Source of the DNA: an uncultured Bacteroidales bacterium
Lineage (GTDB): Bacteria > Bacteroidota > Bacteroidia > Bacteroidales > FEN-979
Assembly (NCBI GenBank): GCA_903837605.1
Contig: CAILVF010000075.1
Span: forward strand, 153-64,152
Direction of reading: 5' to 3'
DNA: 64,000 nucleotides
Part shown: in pieces, positions 36,403 to 46,783 of the stretch
Numbering within the stretch: the stretch's first letter is position 1
How the letters are laid out: each line of letters begins with the position of its first letter
Position numbers and translations under genes: made by a program
Notes under the pieces: generated by a model
What the model was told of the DNA's origin: nothing
Databases searched by the model: none
What the model saw: only the letters and a program-made list of their open reading frames with translations

Positions 36403-38259
36403 ATGAAGCGTTTCATCCTTCTGATTTTCATGCTGCTTCCTGCCTGCTTTCTTGCAGCCCAGGCAGGGATTGAACGGGTAGAGCCTCCTTTCTGGTGGAC
36501 AGGTTTTAAAAACCCCGGCCTGCAGTTATTGATTTATGGAAAAGACATTGGCAACAAAGCCGTTTCCATAGCCGGGGGGAAACAGTCTGATGTGATCATT
36601 ACCGCCGTTCATAAAGTCCGGAGCCCGGATTACCTTTTCGTAGACCTTAAAATAGGTGCATCGGCAAGACCCGGAACCTATACCCTGAATTTCTCAGACG
36701 GAAAAAAGCTTTTTACAAGCTTTAAGTATGAATTAAAAAAGAGGATTTCAGGTTCATCTCTGCGGAAAGGATTCGATAATTCAGATGTGATCTACCTTGT
36801 CATGCCCGACCGTTTTGCCAATGGCGACACAGCCAACGATAATATAGCCGGGATGAAAGAGCGTGCTGACAGGTCAAAGCCCGACAGCCGGCACGGTGGC
36901 GACATCAAAGGGATCATTAACCACCTTGATTATCTTAAAGAGCTCGGCGTCACTGCCCTGTGGATGACGCCCCTTGTTGAAAACGATCAGCCCGTTTACT
37001 CCTACCATGGGTATTCCGCAACGGACTTCTATAAGGTTGATCCCCGTTTCGGGACCAATGACGACTATGTAAAACTGTCTGAAGCCCTCCATCAGCGGGG
37101 GATGAAGCTGATCATCGACGAAGTGTTCAACCATTGCGGAAGTGAGCATTGGTGGATGAAGGACCTGCCATCTGAAGACTGGATCAACCAATGGCCTGAA
37201 TTTACGAGGAGTACATACAGGGCAGGCAGCATCAGCGATCCCTATGTAGCCGTTGCCGACAGCACACAGTTTTCAAGAGGATGGTTTGATAAAACCATGC
37301 CCGACCTGAACCAGCGCAATCCTTTCATGAAAAACTACCTGATACAGAACAGTATCTGGTGGATGGAATTTGCCGGGATAGACGGCATCAGGCAGGACAC
37401 CTACCCCTATCCATTCAAAGACGCCATGAGCGAATGGGGGAAACGTATGCTTGAAGAATATCCTGATCTCAACATCGTGGGCGAATGCTGGATGAACTAC
37501 CCGGCCACGGTTGCCTACTGGCAAAAAGGCTCAAAGAACGTCGACGGGTTTAACTCGAATCTGCCGTCAGTGTTTGATTTCCCAATACATGATGCCTTGA
37601 TCCAGGCATTCAACGAAAAGGAAGGATGGAACACAGGCATCCTGAGGTTATATGAGATTATATCACAGGATTTCTCGTATCCCGATCCCAAGAATATTGT
37701 CACGTTTGCCGACAATCACGACGTAAACCGTTACCTCGACACACAGAATGATGATATAAGGAAACTGAAAATGGCCATGGCATTTATATTAACTACCAGG
37801 GGAATTCCCGAGATCTTCTATGGGACGGAGTTGCTGATGACCACCGGGGCCGATAAGGGGCATGGCAGCATACGAAAGGACGTCCCCGGCGGCTGGCCCG
37901 GCGACGTCAGGAATGCTTTCACAGCCCAGGGACGGACCCAGGCTGAAAACGACATGTACAACTTCATGCACACCCTGCTCAATTTCAGGAAGTCAAATAC
38001 ATCTCTTCAGACTGGCAAACTCCTGCATTTCATCCCCTCCGACGGAATTTACACCTATTTCCGTTACAACAGCCAGAGTACCGTAATGGTTGTCATGAAC
38101 AACAATGAGGAACAGAAACTCCATGAAACCGGGCGTTACAGGGAAATTCTCAAGAACTTCAAATCAGGGAAGGAGGTCATCAGCGGCAGGGATGTCACAG
38201 ATCTGTCGAAGCTGACTATCCCGGGGAAATCAGTCCTGATCATCGAGCTGAAACATTAA
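36403..38259 (+). CDS. GH13 alpha-amylase-family enzyme with cyclomaltodextrinase-type N-terminal domain (periplasmic)
   Basis: I use the ATG at 36403 with a signal peptide. The block ERVEPPFWWTGFKNPGLQLLIYG is a Cyc-maltodext_N-like motif. GH13 regions are LIIDEVFNHCG, GIDGIRQDTYPY, IVGECW and FADNHDVNRY. Confidence 0.8.
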   Translation: MKRFILLIFMLLPACFLAAQAGIERVEPPFWWTGFKNPGLQLLIYGKDIGNKAVSIAGGKQSDVIITAVHKVRSPDYLFVDLKIGASARPGTYTLNFSDGKKLFTSFKYELKKRISGSSLRKGFDNSDVIYLVMPDRFANGDTANDNIAGMKERADRSKPDSRHGGDIKGIINHLDYLKELGVTALWMTPLVENDQPVYSYHGYSATDFYKVDPRFGTNDDYVKLSEALHQRGMKLIIDEVFNHCGSEHWWMKDLPSEDWINQWPEFTRSTYRAGSISDPYVAVADSTQFSRGWFDKTMPDLNQRNPFMKNYLIQNSIWWMEFAGIDGIRQDTYPYPFKDAMSEWGKRMLEEYPDLNIVGECWMNYPATVAYWQKGSKNVDGFNSNLPSVFDFPIHDALIQAFNEKEGWNTGILRLYEIISQDFSYPDPKNIVTFADNHDVNRYLDTQNDDIRKLKMAMAFILTTRGIPEIFYGTELLMTTGADKGHGSIRKDVPGGWPGDVRNAFTAQGRTQAENDMYNFMHTLLNFRKSNTSLQTGKLLHFIPSDGIYTYFRYNSQSTVMVVMNNNEEQKLHETGRYREILKNFKSGKEVISGRDVTDLSKLTIPGKSVLIIELKH

Positions 38260-38281
38260 TCACACAATAAATTCAACAAAC

Positions 38282-39544
38282 ATGCTGGCATTTCAGAAAA
38301 AACTGTCAAACATTTTTTACCTCCTTATTGGGTTCCCGAGCACTGCAATGGGGTTTGCCCTTTCTATCCAGATAGCAGTTCTCAGCTGGATACTGCGGAC
38401 GAAATACAACCTGGATATAGACCAGATAGGCATTGTGTGGGCTGCAGGCCCTATTGCCGGTATACTTGGCCAGCCCCTTGTCGGACTCATCAGCGATAAG
38501 ATCTGGTTCTGGGGAGGGAGGCGCAAACCGTTTATTATTATAGGCGGTATGCTTGCCGCCTTGATGATACTGGCCCTTCCGAACATTGCAAGGATCAATG
38601 ATTTCTTCGGGATCGGAAGCATCATGGCTGTGGCAGTAACCGTGGCTCTAACCCTCGACCTGTCGATCAACATCAGTTTCAACCCTACCCGTTCCATCAT
38701 TGCAGATGTCACGCCCGACGGGCAGCCGCGAACAAAAGGATATACCTGGATGCAATCTGTATCAAACCTTTTCGGCAGCGGGGCCTACCTTATGGGAGCC
38801 CTCATCAGCAATTACTTCCTGATCTATGCCGGGGTGATTATTGTATTCCTTTTCTCCATAGGCCCCCTGATCTTCATTGAAGAACCAAGGGAACTCTCGA
38901 AATCAGAAGATGACAAAGGAAATGCCATAAAAACAAAAACCCAGTGGGTGGAACTTTTCAAGCTGTATTTTGCCCATGCTTTTTCCTGGCTTGGCATACA
39001 AACTATGTTCGTTTACATTTTCGCATTCCTGGAACAGAAGATGCCGTCGATGCAGAATCTCCCGGAGGCCCAGCGCAATGCCAACCTGGGGCAGCTTATC
39101 GGCTGGTCGTTTTTCATTCTTAACGCCGTAGGTGCGATCTGGCCGGCCTTCCTGCTCGAACCAATGAGTAAAAAGCTTGGGCGGGTCCGAACCCAGGCAA
39201 TGATGGTAGGTATTATGAGCGCCGGGTACTTTGGAATAGTATTCCTGGCCAGTACACCGTTTATGCTTTACACCATGATGTGCATACTGACCTTCGGATG
39301 GGCGGCCGTGGTAAGCCTTCCTTTCGCGATCATGTCGGAGAAAGTGGATAAAAGCCGTATGGGGTTTTTTATGGGCATTTTCAATCTCAGTGTAGTCCTT
39401 CCCCAGCTTGTGGCCAGCTTTGCCATGGGCAAGATTATCAGCCATGCTGCCGATAAAAGCATGGTTTTCATCATCAGTGGGATCTCCCTTGCTATTTCAG
39501 CCTTCCTCTGGATATTTGTAAGTGAGAAAAAGACGTCAATTTAA
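38282..39544 (+). CDS. second MFS permease, GPH/SLC45-like (paralogue of 31849..33192)
   Basis: The motif QPLVGLISDKIWFWGGRRKPFII is present and the protein is polytopic. Confidence 0.8.
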   Translation: MLAFQKKLSNIFYLLIGFPSTAMGFALSIQIAVLSWILRTKYNLDIDQIGIVWAAGPIAGILGQPLVGLISDKIWFWGGRRKPFIIIGGMLAALMILALPNIARINDFFGIGSIMAVAVTVALTLDLSINISFNPTRSIIADVTPDGQPRTKGYTWMQSVSNLFGSGAYLMGALISNYFLIYAGVIIVFLFSIGPLIFIEEPRELSKSEDDKGNAIKTKTQWVELFKLYFAHAFSWLGIQTMFVYIFAFLEQKMPSMQNLPEAQRNANLGQLIGWSFFILNAVGAIWPAFLLEPMSKKLGRVRTQAMMVGIMSAGYFGIVFLASTPFMLYTMMCILTFGWAAVVSLPFAIMSEKVDKSRMGFFMGIFNLSVVLPQLVASFAMGKIISHAADKSMVFIISGISLAISAFLWIFVSEKKTSI

Positions 39545-39556
39545 TACCGGCTATCC

Positions 39557-40987
39557 ATGCTAAAAAGCTTTGCTGCACTTATTTTCATACTGATGGCATT
39601 CTGTTCGGAGGCCCAGGATTTTCAGCATTTCATCGACCATATCAACAGCTTGCCCCAGGGAGAGAGACAGGCCGTCGCCGATAGTTTTATCAATGCATGT
39701 AAGGCTTATCCTTTCATTGAGCATGACAGTATTGCGCATTATATCTATACGGGAACCGTTACTTCCGCTGCAATTGCCGGAGATGCCACCCAATGGAACC
39801 CGACCCAGGTCCTGGGCCTGATACAAGGTACGAATTTCTGGTACCTGACAAAGGTTTATGAAGCTGATGCAAGGCTCGACTACAAGCTGGTTACCGGGGG
39901 CAGTGACTGGATACTTGACCCCAGGAACCCGAATACCTGCATGGGTGGATTCGGGCCGAATTCGGAATTACGGATGGGAGGTAACACCAAACCAATCGAA
40001 ACCATTTTTGATCCGGACATTCCGCACGGGATAATACAGGATACCGTATTTCACAGTAACATCCTGAATAATTCCAGGCACGTAAAAGTCTACCTCCCCC
40101 CTTCCTACCCTTCGGCTGCAGAGTACCCGGTGATCCTGTTCCATGACGGCACCGAATATATCAGCCTTGCAGCCGCCAACAATGTGCTGGATTACCTGAT
40201 AGCGCATAAAATGATGAACCCAGTGATTGCCGTATTTGTCCCTCCGGTTGACCGACAGCCGGAATATGCAGGGACAAAGATCGACCAGTTCACCTCGTTC
40301 ATTACCACGGAGTTAATGCCCGTAATCGACCAGAAATACAAGACCAGCAAGGATCCTGCGAAACGTGCGACCCTTGGCGCTTCCGACGGCGGGAACATCG
40401 CTCTTTACCTGGGGGTTAACAAACCTGAAGTCTTCGGCAGGATCGCAGCCCAGTCAAGCGATGTGATACCTGCTATAAGCTCTGTGCTGCAAAATGGACC
40501 CAAACTCAACCTGGACTTTTATCTCGACATTGGCACTTATGATATAGCCCAACTCATTCCCATGGTGCATGCACTTGCAAGCCTGCTTCAGTTAAAAGGC
40601 TATTCCTATTCTTTCCGCGAGATCCACGAAGGCCATAGCTGGGGGAACTGGAAAGAGCACCTCAGGCTCCCGCTGATGCAGTTCTTTCCGTATACTGATG
40701 GGATTAATGAAAATTTACCGGGAAATGACATCCGCCTGGAACAGAACAGGCCAAATCCCTTCAGGGGGGATACCGACATAAGGTTTACCGTGCCTGCGGG
40801 GTCAAGAATTCATCTCGATCTTTGCGATTACTCTGGGAAATTCGTTGAGTCGATATTCTCGGGGACTGCCCCTGAAGTGACCAACAGCATAAGGTTCAGT
40901 AACCGGAACCACAGGGCCGGCAATTACTTATGCATCCTGGAAGTCGAAGGACACAGGACAAGCAGGATAGTAACCATAATCAATTAA
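39557..40987 (+). CDS. esterase-D/enterochelin-esterase-family hydrolase with N-terminal CBM48/E-set-like module and T9SS C-terminal domain
   Basis: A signal peptide is present. The glycogen-binding-like block is GDATQWNPTQV...FWYLTKVYEADARLDYKLVTGGSDWILDPRNP. The nucleophile elbow is LGASDGGN. The C-terminus LEQNRPNPFRGDTDIRFTV...GNYLCILEV is a Por tail. Confidence 0.7.
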   Translation: MLKSFAALIFILMAFCSEAQDFQHFIDHINSLPQGERQAVADSFINACKAYPFIEHDSIAHYIYTGTVTSAAIAGDATQWNPTQVLGLIQGTNFWYLTKVYEADARLDYKLVTGGSDWILDPRNPNTCMGGFGPNSELRMGGNTKPIETIFDPDIPHGIIQDTVFHSNILNNSRHVKVYLPPSYPSAAEYPVILFHDGTEYISLAAANNVLDYLIAHKMMNPVIAVFVPPVDRQPEYAGTKIDQFTSFITTELMPVIDQKYKTSKDPAKRATLGASDGGNIALYLGVNKPEVFGRIAAQSSDVIPAISSVLQNGPKLNLDFYLDIGTYDIAQLIPMVHALASLLQLKGYSYSFREIHEGHSWGNWKEHLRLPLMQFFPYTDGINENLPGNDIRLEQNRPNPFRGDTDIRFTVPAGSRIHLDLCDYSGKFVESIFSGTAPEVTNSIRFSNRNHRAGNYLCILEVEGHRTSRIVTIIN

Positions 40988-41021
40988 TCAGTTTCAGTAA
41001 AAAACACTTAATACAGCTTGT

Positions 41022-43409
41022 ATGAAACAGTTTTCTTTCATTTTATCGCTCTTCGGCTTTGCACTTCTTTTCCAGTCCTGCGGTTCAGGAACCGATATCC
41101 TTGTTTCAAAAGAACCTCAGATGCTGAAGTTGTCAGCCCCGGTCACGGTAAACACTGCTGACTCCACGGTGATTGAACTTGGGGATTATTTTCTTTATCC
41201 GAATAAAATCGATTCTTTCTTTGTCGACAAATCACTCACAGCGAGGATAACAAAAGATTCACTTCAGATGGTACTCCGCCCGGGGGCGAGGAATATACCC
41301 ATGTTAAGCGCCCTCACTGTGTGGTCAAAGGGATTTTCATACACGCTTATGCTTGAGCGCTCGCAAAAGATACATTACCGTTTCGGTTTTAATCCGGGGA
41401 ACAAGAAATACAAGAAGGTACAGCTCGCGGGGCAGATGAATGACTGGAATCCTTCGGCAGGGTATATGTTCCTGAAAGAGGGCAAGTGGTATACCGATCT
41501 CTTTCTTTATCCCGGTAAATACCAGTACAAAATTGTCTGCGACCGTAAATGGGCTTCTGACAGGAATAACCCCGACTCTGTATCAAACAACAATGGGGGT
41601 TATAATTCCCTCCTCACCCTCGGTACCCTCAACTCCCCTGGCCTTCCGGCCCTTTACACCTTCGCGGCTGATGGAAAAAAACTGGACCTTGGAATTAAAA
41701 ACAAAGCCGATACGGTATTTGTTCTCTGGGATAATCATTTCCTGGATGGCAAATTCTGGAAACACGACAGCAGCGGCATCCATATCAGCGTTCCCAAGAC
41801 CGCAGCTTCGTTAGAGCGCAGCTTTATACGGGCATGGGCTGTGAATAAAACCGGCATTTCAAATGAGATACTGGTGCCTCTGAAAAGCGGAAAGGTTATC
41901 ACCGACGCCTCAAAACTCACCAGGGTAGACCAGGAAGCCATGATATTATATTTTATGATGGTCGACCGTTTCCGCGACGGGAACAAGGAAAACAACGCGC
42001 CGATTAAGGATAAGGATATTGATCCCAAGGTGAATTATATGGGAGGTGACATCAGCGGTATTACAAAAGCCATTGAAGAAGGCTATTTTACAAAGCTGGG
42101 TGTAAATACCCTTTGGATATCCCCCATAACCCAGAACCCGCTTAAGGGATATAATGAATTCCCGGCCCCTCACCGGAAATTCTCAGGATACCATGGGTAT
42201 TGGCCTATCACTCTGACCACTGTCGACACAAGATTCGGAACGGCCGACGAATTACATCAACTGGTCAATGACGCCCACGGCAAAGGGCTGAACGTCGTGC
42301 TCGACTTTGTTTCTCATCATGCCCACCAGGAATATCCGGTGTTCAAGGCTCATCCCGACTGGATAACGGTACTGGATCTTCCGGGAAAAAGAAAAAACAT
42401 CAGGCTTTTTGATGAAAACCGTCTTACCACCTGGTTTGACATCTTCCTTCCGACTTTCGACCTTACAAAACCGGAAGTTACCGAAATGGTTTCCGATTCC
42501 GCTGCTTTCTGGATCAGGGAATACAATATTGACGGATTCAGGCATGATGCAGCGAAACATGTCCCCGAAAATTACTGGCGCGTTTTGAATAAAAAACTTA
42601 CTCAACAGGTTGTCATTCCTCAGGGCAGGCAGGTATACCAGATCGGTGAAACCTTCGGCAGCCGTGAACTGATCAAGAGCTATATCAATCCCGGTATGCT
42701 TGACGCCCAGTTTGAGTTCAATCTATACTGGGATGCAAAGAACACCTTTGCCCAGGATAATACATCCTTCAGGGACCTGAATTATTCGCTTCAGCAGTCG
42801 TTCAGCTATTTTGGAGAGCATAACCTGATGGGAAACATCACAGGGAACCAGGACATGGTGCGTTTCATTTCCATTGCCGGCGGCGCCCTCAGCAATACCG
42901 AGGATGCGGTTGAAGCAGGCTGGAAGCGTGACATCCAGGTGAAGGACACCATAGGGTATTATAAACTTGCTTCACTCATGGCATTCAACATGACCATACC
43001 CGGGATCCCGGTAATTTACTATGGAGATGAATACGGGATGGCCGGTGCGGCAGATCCTGACAACAGGAGAATGATGAAATTCGACAGCCTGAATCCTCAT
43101 GAAAAAAAGCTCCTGGCCACCACTTCGAAACTGACCAATTTACGGAGGACAAGCATGCCCCTCGTTTACGGGGATTTCAGTGTAATCAAAGTCAGTGAAA
43201 AAACATACGTATACATGCGTTCATACTTTGACAAGGCTGTTATAATTGTTTTTAACAAGGATAAAAATTCAAAAAAGATAGAATTTGACATCCCTGAAAG
43301 ATTTGTCAAATCTGTCTTCATATCTAACTTTGGAAATACAATCAATGTAGAAAAGGGGAAAGCAAGTCTTACCCTGGCTGGTAATTCATTTGAACTCTTA
43401 AGTAATTAA
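41022..43409 (+). CDS. GH13 alpha-amylase/pullulanase-like lipoprotein with N-terminal beta-sandwich (CBM48-like) modules
   Basis: The lipobox is LLFQSC. The CBM-like block is VQLAGQMNDWNPSAGYMFLKEGKWYTDLFLYPGKYQYKIVCDRKW. GH13 regions are VVLDFVSHHAH, NIDGFRHDAAKHV, YQIGETFG and ITGNQDMVRF. Confidence 0.8.
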   Translation: MKQFSFILSLFGFALLFQSCGSGTDILVSKEPQMLKLSAPVTVNTADSTVIELGDYFLYPNKIDSFFVDKSLTARITKDSLQMVLRPGARNIPMLSALTVWSKGFSYTLMLERSQKIHYRFGFNPGNKKYKKVQLAGQMNDWNPSAGYMFLKEGKWYTDLFLYPGKYQYKIVCDRKWASDRNNPDSVSNNNGGYNSLLTLGTLNSPGLPALYTFAADGKKLDLGIKNKADTVFVLWDNHFLDGKFWKHDSSGIHISVPKTAASLERSFIRAWAVNKTGISNEILVPLKSGKVITDASKLTRVDQEAMILYFMMVDRFRDGNKENNAPIKDKDIDPKVNYMGGDISGITKAIEEGYFTKLGVNTLWISPITQNPLKGYNEFPAPHRKFSGYHGYWPITLTTVDTRFGTADELHQLVNDAHGKGLNVVLDFVSHHAHQEYPVFKAHPDWITVLDLPGKRKNIRLFDENRLTTWFDIFLPTFDLTKPEVTEMVSDSAAFWIREYNIDGFRHDAAKHVPENYWRVLNKKLTQQVVIPQGRQVYQIGETFGSRELIKSYINPGMLDAQFEFNLYWDAKNTFAQDNTSFRDLNYSLQQSFSYFGEHNLMGNITGNQDMVRFISIAGGALSNTEDAVEAGWKRDIQVKDTIGYYKLASLMAFNMTIPGIPVIYYGDEYGMAGAADPDNRRMMKFDSLNPHEKKLLATTSKLTNLRRTSMPLVYGDFSVIKVSEKTYVYMRSYFDKAVIIVFNKDKNSKKIEFDIPERFVKSVFISNFGNTINVEKGKASLTLAGNSFELLSN

Positions 43410-43416
43410 ACCCATC

Positions 43417-44775
43417 ATGAAAAGAACATTAATTTTTATCGCAGCGATCCTGTTTGTCATGAGTGCCTGCAAACCAAAGACGGAACCTGTTACACAGGGC
43501 GGGAAACTGGTTCATGCGGAATGGACCAGGAATGCCACAATTTATGAAGTCAACGTTCGGCAATATACGCCCGAAGGGACTTTTAAAGCTTTTCAGCAGC
43601 ACCTCCCGAGGCTTAAAAAAATGGGGGTTGACATTTTATGGCTTATGCCCGTAAACCCCATTGGAATAAAGAACCGGAAAGGCAGCCTGGGCAGCTATTA
43701 CTCGGTTAAGGACTACCTTGCAGTTAACCCGGAATACGGCAACATGGACGACCTGAAGGCGCTGGTTAAAAAAGCGCACGAGCTGGGGATGTATGTCATC
43801 ATCGATTGGGTAGCAAATCATACTTCCTGGGATAATGCGCTCATTACGCAACATCCCGAATGGTATAAAAAAGATGCAAAAGGGAACATAATCGCTCCCG
43901 TTCCCGACTGGACCGATGCAGCAGGCCTTGACTATTCAAAGGAAGGGTTGAGGAAGTATATGACCGATGCATTGTGTTTCTGGGTCAAAGAAGCTGATAT
44001 CGACGGGTTCCGTTGTGATGTGGCAGGCATGCTGCCTGTAAGTTTCTGGAACCATGCGATGCCCGAAGTCAGGAAGATTAAGCCCATTTTCACCCTTGCC
44101 GAATGGGAAACCCCGGAGATGCATGATACTGCTTTTGATGCTACTTATTCCTGGGATCTTTACAAACTCGGCAATGAAATTGCCCAGGGGAAAAAGACTG
44201 CCGACAAGATTGATTCCAATTATGCGGCGGAAATGACAAAATACCCGGCTGATGCTTACAGGATGAGGTTTACCACAAACCATGATGAAAATTCATGGAA
44301 CGGAAGCGAATATGAACGGCAGGGGCCGGCGGCCATGACCTTTGCGGTTTTCAGTTTTACCTTCCCCGGCATTCCCCTGATCTATACCGGGCAGGAATCG
44401 GCAATGAGCAAGAGGCTGCGCTTTTTCGACAAGGATACTGTTAAGTGGGGAACCTACCCCCTTCAGGCATTTTACACCACCCTCTGCAACCTGAAAAAAA
44501 CAAATAAGGCCCTTCAGAACGGAAATTCGGGATCTACATTTTCAAAGATCCGCAACGACCAAGAACAGGCAGTATATTCTTTCATGAGAGAGAAGGATAA
44601 TTATAAGATCCTTGTCATCCTTAACCTTTCCCCGAATCCATGTTCTGTTAAATTTCAGGACGGCATTCCGGGAGGCAAATGGGAACCGGTATTTACCAAG
44701 GAAAAGCTAATTACCGGCAAGGATAAACCCATGCAACTGAAACCCTGGGAATACAAGGTATTTGAGGCGAGGTAA
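43417..44775 (+). CDS. GH13 alpha-amylase lipoprotein
   Basis: The lipobox is VMSAC. GH13 regions are VIIDWVANHTSWD, DIDGFRCDVAGML, FTLAEWE and FTTNHDENSW. Confidence 0.85.
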   Translation: MKRTLIFIAAILFVMSACKPKTEPVTQGGKLVHAEWTRNATIYEVNVRQYTPEGTFKAFQQHLPRLKKMGVDILWLMPVNPIGIKNRKGSLGSYYSVKDYLAVNPEYGNMDDLKALVKKAHELGMYVIIDWVANHTSWDNALITQHPEWYKKDAKGNIIAPVPDWTDAAGLDYSKEGLRKYMTDALCFWVKEADIDGFRCDVAGMLPVSFWNHAMPEVRKIKPIFTLAEWETPEMHDTAFDATYSWDLYKLGNEIAQGKKTADKIDSNYAAEMTKYPADAYRMRFTTNHDENSWNGSEYERQGPAAMTFAVFSFTFPGIPLIYTGQESAMSKRLRFFDKDTVKWGTYPLQAFYTTLCNLKKTNKALQNGNSGSTFSKIRNDQEQAVYSFMREKDNYKILVILNLSPNPCSVKFQDGIPGGKWEPVFTKEKLITGKDKPMQLKPWEYKVFEAR

Positions 44776-44805
44776 GACCTAATCACCCTTTAAGCGTGAT
44801 CATAT

Positions 44806-46782
44806 ATGAAAAAACTTGCAGCAGGCAGCCTGATGGTGTTGTGTCAAATCCTATGTCTCCTGATGCCCGCTAAGCAAGCCAAAGCCCAGGAGAATGATGC
44901 TTTCCAAAAAAGAGGGAGTGTAGCTGAAACCTTTCAGCCCCTCCCCTTTTTCGAAGTAGTCCCGCTGGGCTGGATCAAGGAGCAGATACAGGATAACCTT
45001 AAAGGGTTTACCGGTCATCTGGATTCCCTCGTGCCGGACCTGATCCTGCGCGACGACATTTATGGAAAAGACAGGCTAAGCCGGCATACCAAGTCGAAAG
45101 ATGTTGGAGCGATAACCGAGAATGCAGAATTGCAGGCACAGTTCCTGTGGTGGAACAGCGAAACTCAAAGTAACTGGCGTGACGGGTATATTCGTTCGGC
45201 TATCCTCACTATGGACCAGCCTCACATTGCAAGGGCTAAACAATACATCCTGAAAATGCTTTCAACCCAGGACAGTGACGGCTACCTTGGTATTTACGAT
45301 AAAGACCTGAGGTATAAATTCGATAACGAAAACGGTGAACTTTGGGCAAAAACCACCTTGCTAAGAGGGATGCTGGCCTGGTATTATTTCACAAGGGACT
45401 TTACGATTCTTAAAGCCATAGAATCATGCGTCAACAACGTCATTCTAAATTACCCCGCCTATAAGTCCCATCCTTTCCATTCGGTAAATCCCGATGCCGG
45501 GGGAGTTACGCACGGTCTTGCATTTACCGATATCCTGCAGGAGCTGTGGAGGATAAACGGAAAACCCGAATACCGTGATTACTGTCTTTTCCTGTACAAG
45601 GATTTCTCGGAGGCAGTATTGAACGAGGATGCCCAATTCATGAAACTGATGGATACGACCCTGCCATTGAAAGGGCATGGAGTTCACACATACGAGCATC
45701 TGCGTTCCCTTGCTGCTGCTTATTATACATCAGCAAATCCGGGTTTGAAAACCGCCTTGAAAAATTTCCTAGGGAAAATTGCCCTGGAAACTTCTGCCTC
45801 GGGCGGTCCTGCGGGTGACGAATGGATAGGCGGAAGAAAGGCCGATGCTACCAGCCGGGGGTATGAATACTGTTCGATGCATGAGCTTCTTAACAGTTAT
45901 ACAGACCTTCTTGCAAAGACCGGGGAAGCTGATTTCGGCGAAATGGCAGAAAAACTGTTCTTCAATGCCGCACAGGGATCAAGGAACCCTTTTGAAAGTT
46001 CAATCGCATATCTGAAGACCGACAATTCATACTCCATGTGCGGGGGCCTGAACGGGGATACCACGGTAAAAACCCAGACCCGGTATAAATATTCACCTGT
46101 CCACCAGGATGTCGCCGTTTGCTGTGTCCCTAATGCCGGACGTATTGCCCCGTATTATGTTCAGAGCATGTGGATGAAGGACGGCAAGGCCCTGATCGCG
46201 ACTTTGCTCGGCCCGTGTGAAGTTGAAACAAGCATCATGGGCAAACGGGTAAACATAGAGGAACAGACTGCTTATCCCTACGATTATAAAGTCACATTTG
46301 TAGTGACAACTCATGAAACGGAATTTGACCTTAAGATCAGGAGGCCTTCCTGGGCGACAAAGCTCGTTGTCAGCGAGGAATACCGGGAAGACAAGGGTTA
46401 TATTTTAATTCACAAGCGTTGGAAAGGGGAAGAATCAGTAAGTATACAGTTCTTTCCTGAAGCAGCAGTAAGGCAGGATATCAACGGGGAATATTTTTAC
46501 ACATACGGACCCCTTGTTCTGGCGAGGCCTTTACAAAGCATTGGCATCCAAACCAAGACCTATCCCCTGAAAGAATTCCGTGACATGCATTACAGGCCAT
46601 TAACTACGAATGTGCTGGAATATGCTAATGAGGGAGTAAAACAAACCAAACCTGGCAGGCTTGAGTTTAATACAGCCTTATATAACCCTGTAAGCAGAAA
46701 AAATGAGCCTGTAATCCTGATTCCTATGGGCCAGACCATTCTGCGCCAGGTCACGTTTAAACCAAAATCCGAAGAGAAGTGA
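44806..46782 (+). CDS. GH127/DUF1680-like glycoside hydrolase (beta-L-arabinofuranosidase family fold)
   Basis: 658 aa with a signal peptide. E-x-C (GYEYCSMHE) and C-C (VAVCCVPNAG) motifs match the Zn-binding Glu/Cys cluster and Cys nucleophile arrangement known from GH127 HypBA1. Confidence 0.6.
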   Translation: MKKLAAGSLMVLCQILCLLMPAKQAKAQENDAFQKRGSVAETFQPLPFFEVVPLGWIKEQIQDNLKGFTGHLDSLVPDLILRDDIYGKDRLSRHTKSKDVGAITENAELQAQFLWWNSETQSNWRDGYIRSAILTMDQPHIARAKQYILKMLSTQDSDGYLGIYDKDLRYKFDNENGELWAKTTLLRGMLAWYYFTRDFTILKAIESCVNNVILNYPAYKSHPFHSVNPDAGGVTHGLAFTDILQELWRINGKPEYRDYCLFLYKDFSEAVLNEDAQFMKLMDTTLPLKGHGVHTYEHLRSLAAAYYTSANPGLKTALKNFLGKIALETSASGGPAGDEWIGGRKADATSRGYEYCSMHELLNSYTDLLAKTGEADFGEMAEKLFFNAAQGSRNPFESSIAYLKTDNSYSMCGGLNGDTTVKTQTRYKYSPVHQDVAVCCVPNAGRIAPYYVQSMWMKDGKALIATLLGPCEVETSIMGKRVNIEEQTAYPYDYKVTFVVTTHETEFDLKIRRPSWATKLVVSEEYREDKGYILIHKRWKGEESVSIQFFPEAAVRQDINGEYFYTYGPLVLARPLQSIGIQTKTYPLKEFRDMHYRPLTTNVLEYANEGVKQTKPGRLEFNTALYNPVSRKNEPVILIPMGQTILRQVTFKPKSEEK

Positions 46783-46783
46783 A

